Assembly (NCBI RefSeq): GCF_046119375.1
Contig: NW_027362773.1
Location: 174,530,001-174,594,000 of the forward strand
Direction of reading: 5' to 3'
Origin: Phyllobates terribilis
Taxonomy: Eukaryota
DNA length: 64,000 nt
This document shows, in pieces, positions 59,231 to 64,000 of the stretch. A program made the translations under genes and the position numbers. The notes below the pieces were generated by a model. The model was not told the DNA's origin, searched no databases, and saw only the letters and a list, made by a program, of their open reading frames with translations. Each line of letters starts with the position of its first letter. The stretch's first letter is position 1.

Positions 59231-59399
59231 TAAGGGCCCGTATATACATACGTGTACTCCTATGTATACAGATACATCCATATACACATACATTTTCAGA
59301 TACATACAAATCTACACACATATACAGATTAATAAACAGATTACGACCCGCATAATAAATCATGTGGGTAAGGGGTCTCCACAAAAGATTGGACCCCGT

Positions 59400-59820
59400 T
59401 ACCAAAACAATACATAGAAATTGGGAGAACAGCTGAGTAGAATGGCATAGAAAAACTTTATTGTATAAATATTAAAAGACAGTCCATCACTATAGTAACA
59501 ATGACATATAGATAGGACAAGCGGACATATAATCCCTCATATTGCATATAAATAGGTCTAAACAGAAGGTTCCCCCCGAGGGTCAGGACATGGTGGTAAA
59601 ATTAAGACAGGGAGAGGGACATATAGTTGAAATAATTAGGAATCACTCCCATGTGGGTTGTATACTCCCAAAAGTCCCAAAAATCATGTTGCACCAGAAT
59701 CACCCGGATAGAGAGGGACCCCAGACCTGCAAAAGGTGGTGCAGGGATAGGATGCAGGGTTAGAAAAAGCCTCGATGCGCGTTTCGCCGGTGTTAGGACC
59801 TGGCTTTCTCAAGAGGCATC
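59400..59820 (-). mobile_element. Probable Penelope terminal-repeat remnant
   Basis: Minus strand has gcctc-ttgagaaa-gcc...ggc-gaaacgcg...gaggc and a downstream aataaag; no coding sequence. Confidence 0.45.
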
Positions 59821-59846
59821 CATTATAGTGCTTCCAGGACCTTTAA

Positions 59847-61050
59847 CCCCTTTGCAACCTTGGGTTTTGTCATTTTTGCTTTTTCGTTTTTTGCTCCCCT
59901 TGTTCCCAGAGCCATAGCGTCTTTATTTTTTGGACAATATGGCTATGTGAGGGCTTATTTTTTGCGGGACAAGTTGTACTTTTCAACGCCAGTACTAGTT
60001 TTACTATATCGTGTACGGGAAAACGGGAAAAAAATTCCAAGTGCGGTAAAATTACAAAAAAAGTGCAATACCACAGTTGTTTTTTTTTTTTTTTTTTTTT
60101 ACCACGTTCACTGAATGCTAAAACTGACCTGCCCTTCTTATTCTCCAGGTCATTACGAGTTCGTAGACACCAAACATGTATAGGTTATTTTATATTTAAG
60201 TGGTGAAAAAAAAATCCAAAATTTGGTAAAAAAAAACAAAAAAAATAGCGCCATTTTCCGAGACCTGTAGCGTCTCCATTTTTCGTGATCCGGGGCTGGG
60301 TGAGGGCTTATTTTTTGCGCGCCGGGCTGCCATTTTTATTGATAACATTTTGGGGTAGATCCGATGTTTTTATCACCCGTTATTGCATTTTATTGCAATT
60401 TTGCGGCGACCAAAAAACGTAATTCTGGCGTTTAGAATTTTTTTCACGTTACACCATTTACCGATCGGATTAATTCTTTTTTTATATTGCTAGATGGGGC
60501 GATTCTGAACGCGGCGATACCAAATATGTGTATGTGGGTTTTTTTTTTTTATATTTTATTTTGAATGGGGCAAAAGGGGGGTGATTTAAACTTTTATATT
60601 TTTTTTACTTTTTTTATATTTTTAAAAACATTTTTTTTTTCACTTACTGCATGCTTCTGTAGTCTCCATAGGAGACTAGAAGCAGCAACTATCCGATCGC
60701 CTCTGCTACATACAGGGGATCAGCAGATCCCCTGCATATAGCACAAATGGTCCTGTGCTATGAGTGCCGACCACTAGGTGGCGCTCATAGCGACGAGATC
60801 ATGACAACCACAGGCGTCTGCTGCAGACCCTGGGTTGTCATGCCCACCCATCGGTGACCCGCTATCACGTGACGGGGTCGCCGGTGGGCGGGTCTTATGA
60901 CGCGCAACCCGGAAGCACGCGTTAAATGCCGCTGTCGGAGATTGACAGCGGCATTTAACATGTTAACAGCCGCGGGTGGATCGCGATTCCACCCGCGGCT
61001 GTTGCGGGCACATGTCAGCTGTAAGAATCAGCTGACATGTGCTCGGTTCA
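59847..61050. mobile_element. Probable non-autonomous TTAA-type (piggyBac-like) DNA element; right end not found
   Basis: ttaa|cccct start and internal palindromes (ttaaatgccgctgtc...gacagcggcatttaa; ccgcgggtgga...tccacccgcgg). Confidence 0.4.
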
Positions 61051-61984
61051 GTGAGGCCGCCGAGTGATAGATGACATGCGGCGCATGCGCAACGGCGTCA
61101 CCCACACCGCGCACGCGCCCCATCCGTCATGACGTCGGCGCGCGGCCAGAAAAGCATGTGAGCGCTATTCCTGGCAGCGCGCCGAAGGCATAGTGACAGC
61201 TGAGCGCGGCACGGGGCAGGGGAGACCGAGCGCATGCGCTCTGCATCTATAAAGAGGATGGATCAAGAAACAGATATGCATATAGTAGGGAAGGCTCCAA
61301 TAAATGCGGGGGAAAATTTTTTTTTATTTCCTCCCTCTCTTCCTCCCCCATACCAATCACACCCTAATACCCATGCAAATCAAACTGCATCATAGTAAAA
61401 TTATTTGGTATAAAAAATCCAATATCACAAATGCCTTATAGGGAATAAATTATAATACTGGCCATGTGAATGAAGCCCAATATCCAGGTACAAGGGAAGG
61501 GGTGACACCTTGCATCAAAGTCTCTATGATGTTAGATCCATCAGAGTAGATCACAGTCTTCACACTTAAGAGGAATAAATAATACAAAAATATATAAATA
61601 TCATAACATATTTCAGATCAATCTTAATTCCCAATATTGGGAGAAAATCCACAGGAGAGGAAAATCTATATCACTCGGCGAGTGGTGTAAAATGGGGAAA
61701 ACTGATGACATCATAGGTACAGTGACAGCGTATATATCAGGATCTTCATTGCTGTCAGAAGGTGGAGGAGATCCAAAGTAGAAGTCGTCCATGACAGACG
61801 CTCATCAGAAATACCGATCCCAGAGCACAGTCACTATGAAGAAAAGGATGAGTGCTAGAAAATAAAAAATAACATAAAAATATTAGAAGGATAAAATAAA
61901 AACACAACCCCGTAGTCCATGATGGACAAAGCATGGTCTGCAGGAGAGCAGACAAAATCAAACATGATCAAATATAATCGAATA

Positions 61985-62972
61985 TTATGTCTCAAAGGAA
62001 GGACGAGAACCCCAAATTCTCATTAAGGCCCCGCGGAGCCACGGTATTGAGGGTTACAATCTATCTGGCCTCTTTTTGGGCCAGAAGTTGCTTGCCATTT
62101 CCACCCCAGGAGCCCAGATGTAAAACATCAATGCCGCGGGACCTCAGTGTCCGCGGATCACAATTGTGGACTACCTTGAAGTGACGCGGCAATGTTTTGA
62201 GCTCCCTGGGGTCGACCACGGTCCGAGCCGCGCCAATGTCCTGCACGTGCTCACGAATTCCGATCCTTAGCTCTCTTGTGGTTAGTCCTACATAAATTAG
62301 TTGGCAGCCACACGTGGCGTGATATATCACATGGGTTGTGCCGCACGAAATGTAATTGCGGATTTTAAACTCACGAGAGCCATTAGAGGATGTGAACGAA
62401 TTACTGCGCAGGAAGCCCTCGTCACCAAAAATATCTCTCTCCCAGGACCCTAAGAAGAGATCGGCGTACGAAGGCGCACAGGCCGCCCCCATCGCCGTGC
62501 CACGCCTCTGTAGATACACCGTATCTTTAAATAAAAAATAGTTATGGTGGAGGACGAAATGGAGGAGCTCAAGGATAAAATCACGGGAAGGGCCGCCCAG
62601 ATCGGAAGCCCCAAGGAAGAGGCGGGCCGCAGACAGGCCCAGATCATGGCTAATACACGTGTAAAGGCTCTCAACATCGGCCGTGACCAGCAAGATGTCA
62701 TCCGTCACAAGGACGCCGTCGACGCGTCTCAGGACGTCCATCATGTCCTTGATGTATGATGGGAGTGTCTCCACAAGTGGGCGGAGGTGGCTGTCAATAT
62801 ATTGACAAATGGGACCACACAAACCGCCCAGCTTTGACACGATGGGACGACCCGGAGGGTCGAGGGCGTCCTTGTGAATTTTGGGAAGTAAATAAAAAGT
62901 GGCGGTTTTTGGGAATCGAACATTTAAGGCTTCAACTGTTTGTTTATTAATAATTCCCTCATCTCTCCACAC
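61985..62972 (-). pseudogene. Penelope-like (Neptune-type) RT fused in frame to GIY-YIG endonuclease by an internal deletion
   Basis: FYLLPKIHK, PGRPIVS, TADVESLYT, GTAMGAACAPSYADLF, then directly CGTTHVIYHATCGCQLIYVGLTTRELRIGIREH. Confidence 0.88.
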
Positions 62973-63321
62973 AAATACAGATACCTACATATACACATAC
63001 ATACTCACAGACATACAAGTATGCATACCTATCTAAAAATATAGATATATATCCATACATAAAACCACCAACACACCAGTCTTCCCGTGTGACCGGAGAC
63101 GCTATATTGATGATGCGTCACTTTTCGAACGCAGCAGCGTCTCCGGTCTGACCGGGAGATACTCTGAATTCAGGGCGCTTCCTTCGCACACGGAGTAGCG
63201 TCCTCTAATAAGCCGCCGCACGTCCCTTACGTCGAAGCAATAACTCTGTGGGCGACGTTGATGCGTCGTGGGCGGGTTTTACGACGTTGATGCGGCCTAG
63301 CTTGTCTGAAGAGGCGGCAAC

Positions 63322-63592
63322 ATGGCGGCCAGTAGATGTGCAACACCATGGGGGGACGCAGAGGTGCGCTACCTGGTTACAGAGGTGGATGCCAGGGATT
63401 ATGAGTGTCATAAACACCCAGGACATCCAGTCCTCCACAAGCAGGCTGTGCTGCAGAGGATCAGTCGGGGCCTAGCCCGAAGATTTGGGGTGCAGTGCTC
63501 CAGTACCCAAATCCGAAAGAAGCTGGCGGATCTGCGGTACAGATCCAGCGACCGCATCGCCAGCATCCGGTCACAGAGCCTGCCCCATCGTG
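63322..63592 (+). CDS. Myb/SANT-like DNA-binding-domain exon, probably transposon-derived
   Basis: WGDAEVRYLV...KQAVLQRISRGLARRFGVQCSSTQIRKKLADLRYR pattern; GTGAGT donor at 63593. Family assignment by eye only. Confidence 0.55.
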
Positions 63593-63711
63593 GTGAGTGG
63601 CGTTAACATAGGTTAGCATAGTATATGGCGGCACATTGGTTACAACAGTAATTACAGTGCAGTATCTCAGGTATGTAATAAGGTATTTTTTCTCCAGCAC
63701 CTGCAGGCTGG

Positions 63712-64000
63712 AGCCCCAGCAGAAGTCACCTGCAGACCCGGAGCCCCAGCAGAAGTCACCTGTAGACCCGGAGCCCCAGCAGAAGTCACCTGCAGACCCG
63801 GAGCCCCAGCAGGAGTCACCTGCAGACCCGGAGCCCCAGCAGAAGTCACCTGGAGACCCGGAGCCCCAGCAGAAGTCACTTGCAGACCCGGAGCCACAGC
63901 AGGAGTCACCTGCAGACCTGGAGCCCCAGCAGGAGTCACCTGCAGACCCGGAGCCCCAGCAGGAGTCACCTGCAGACACAGAGCCCCAGCAGAACTCACC
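63712..64000. repeat. 30-bp tandem repeat (ggagccccagcagaagtcacctgcagaccc) running off the window edge
   Basis: Read directly, about 10 copies. Confidence 0.95.

Overview
Eukaryotic, almost entirely repetitive DNA, probably from a vertebrate. An anuran amphibian is my inference from L2 LINEs, Neptune-type Penelope elements, Harbinger MITEs, a class I ERV and vertebrate tRNA-Ser/tRNA-Lys primer sites. I recognised no host protein-coding exon. Contents: (1) a young full-length Gypsy retrotransposon (16141-23980, minus; gag, -1 frameshift signal, PR-RT-RH-IN, tRNA-Ser PBS, CATG TSD) whose pol carries a double amber stop. (2) A family of LTR elements with no gag or pol, carrying instead one long ORF that ends in a Y-box/Lin28-like cold-shock domain (complete copy 41802-46692, 3' part of a second copy 1-1891, related solo LTR 11763-12798). 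It shares PBS, leader, U5 blocks and PPT with the Gypsy element and looks like a protein-coding non-autonomous partner; this is the main candidate for an undescribed system. (3) An internally deleted class I endogenous retrovirus (25624-32549; tRNA-Lys1,2 PBS) with a macrodomain in gag and seven covarying hairpins in its leader. (4) L2, Penelope (one with a hammerhead motif) and Harbinger remnants. (5) About a dozen minisatellite arrays, one built from a MITE terminal repeat plus its target-site duplication. (6) A 2-kb N block with 910-nt periodic islands. All alignments and counts were done by eye; no database search was run.
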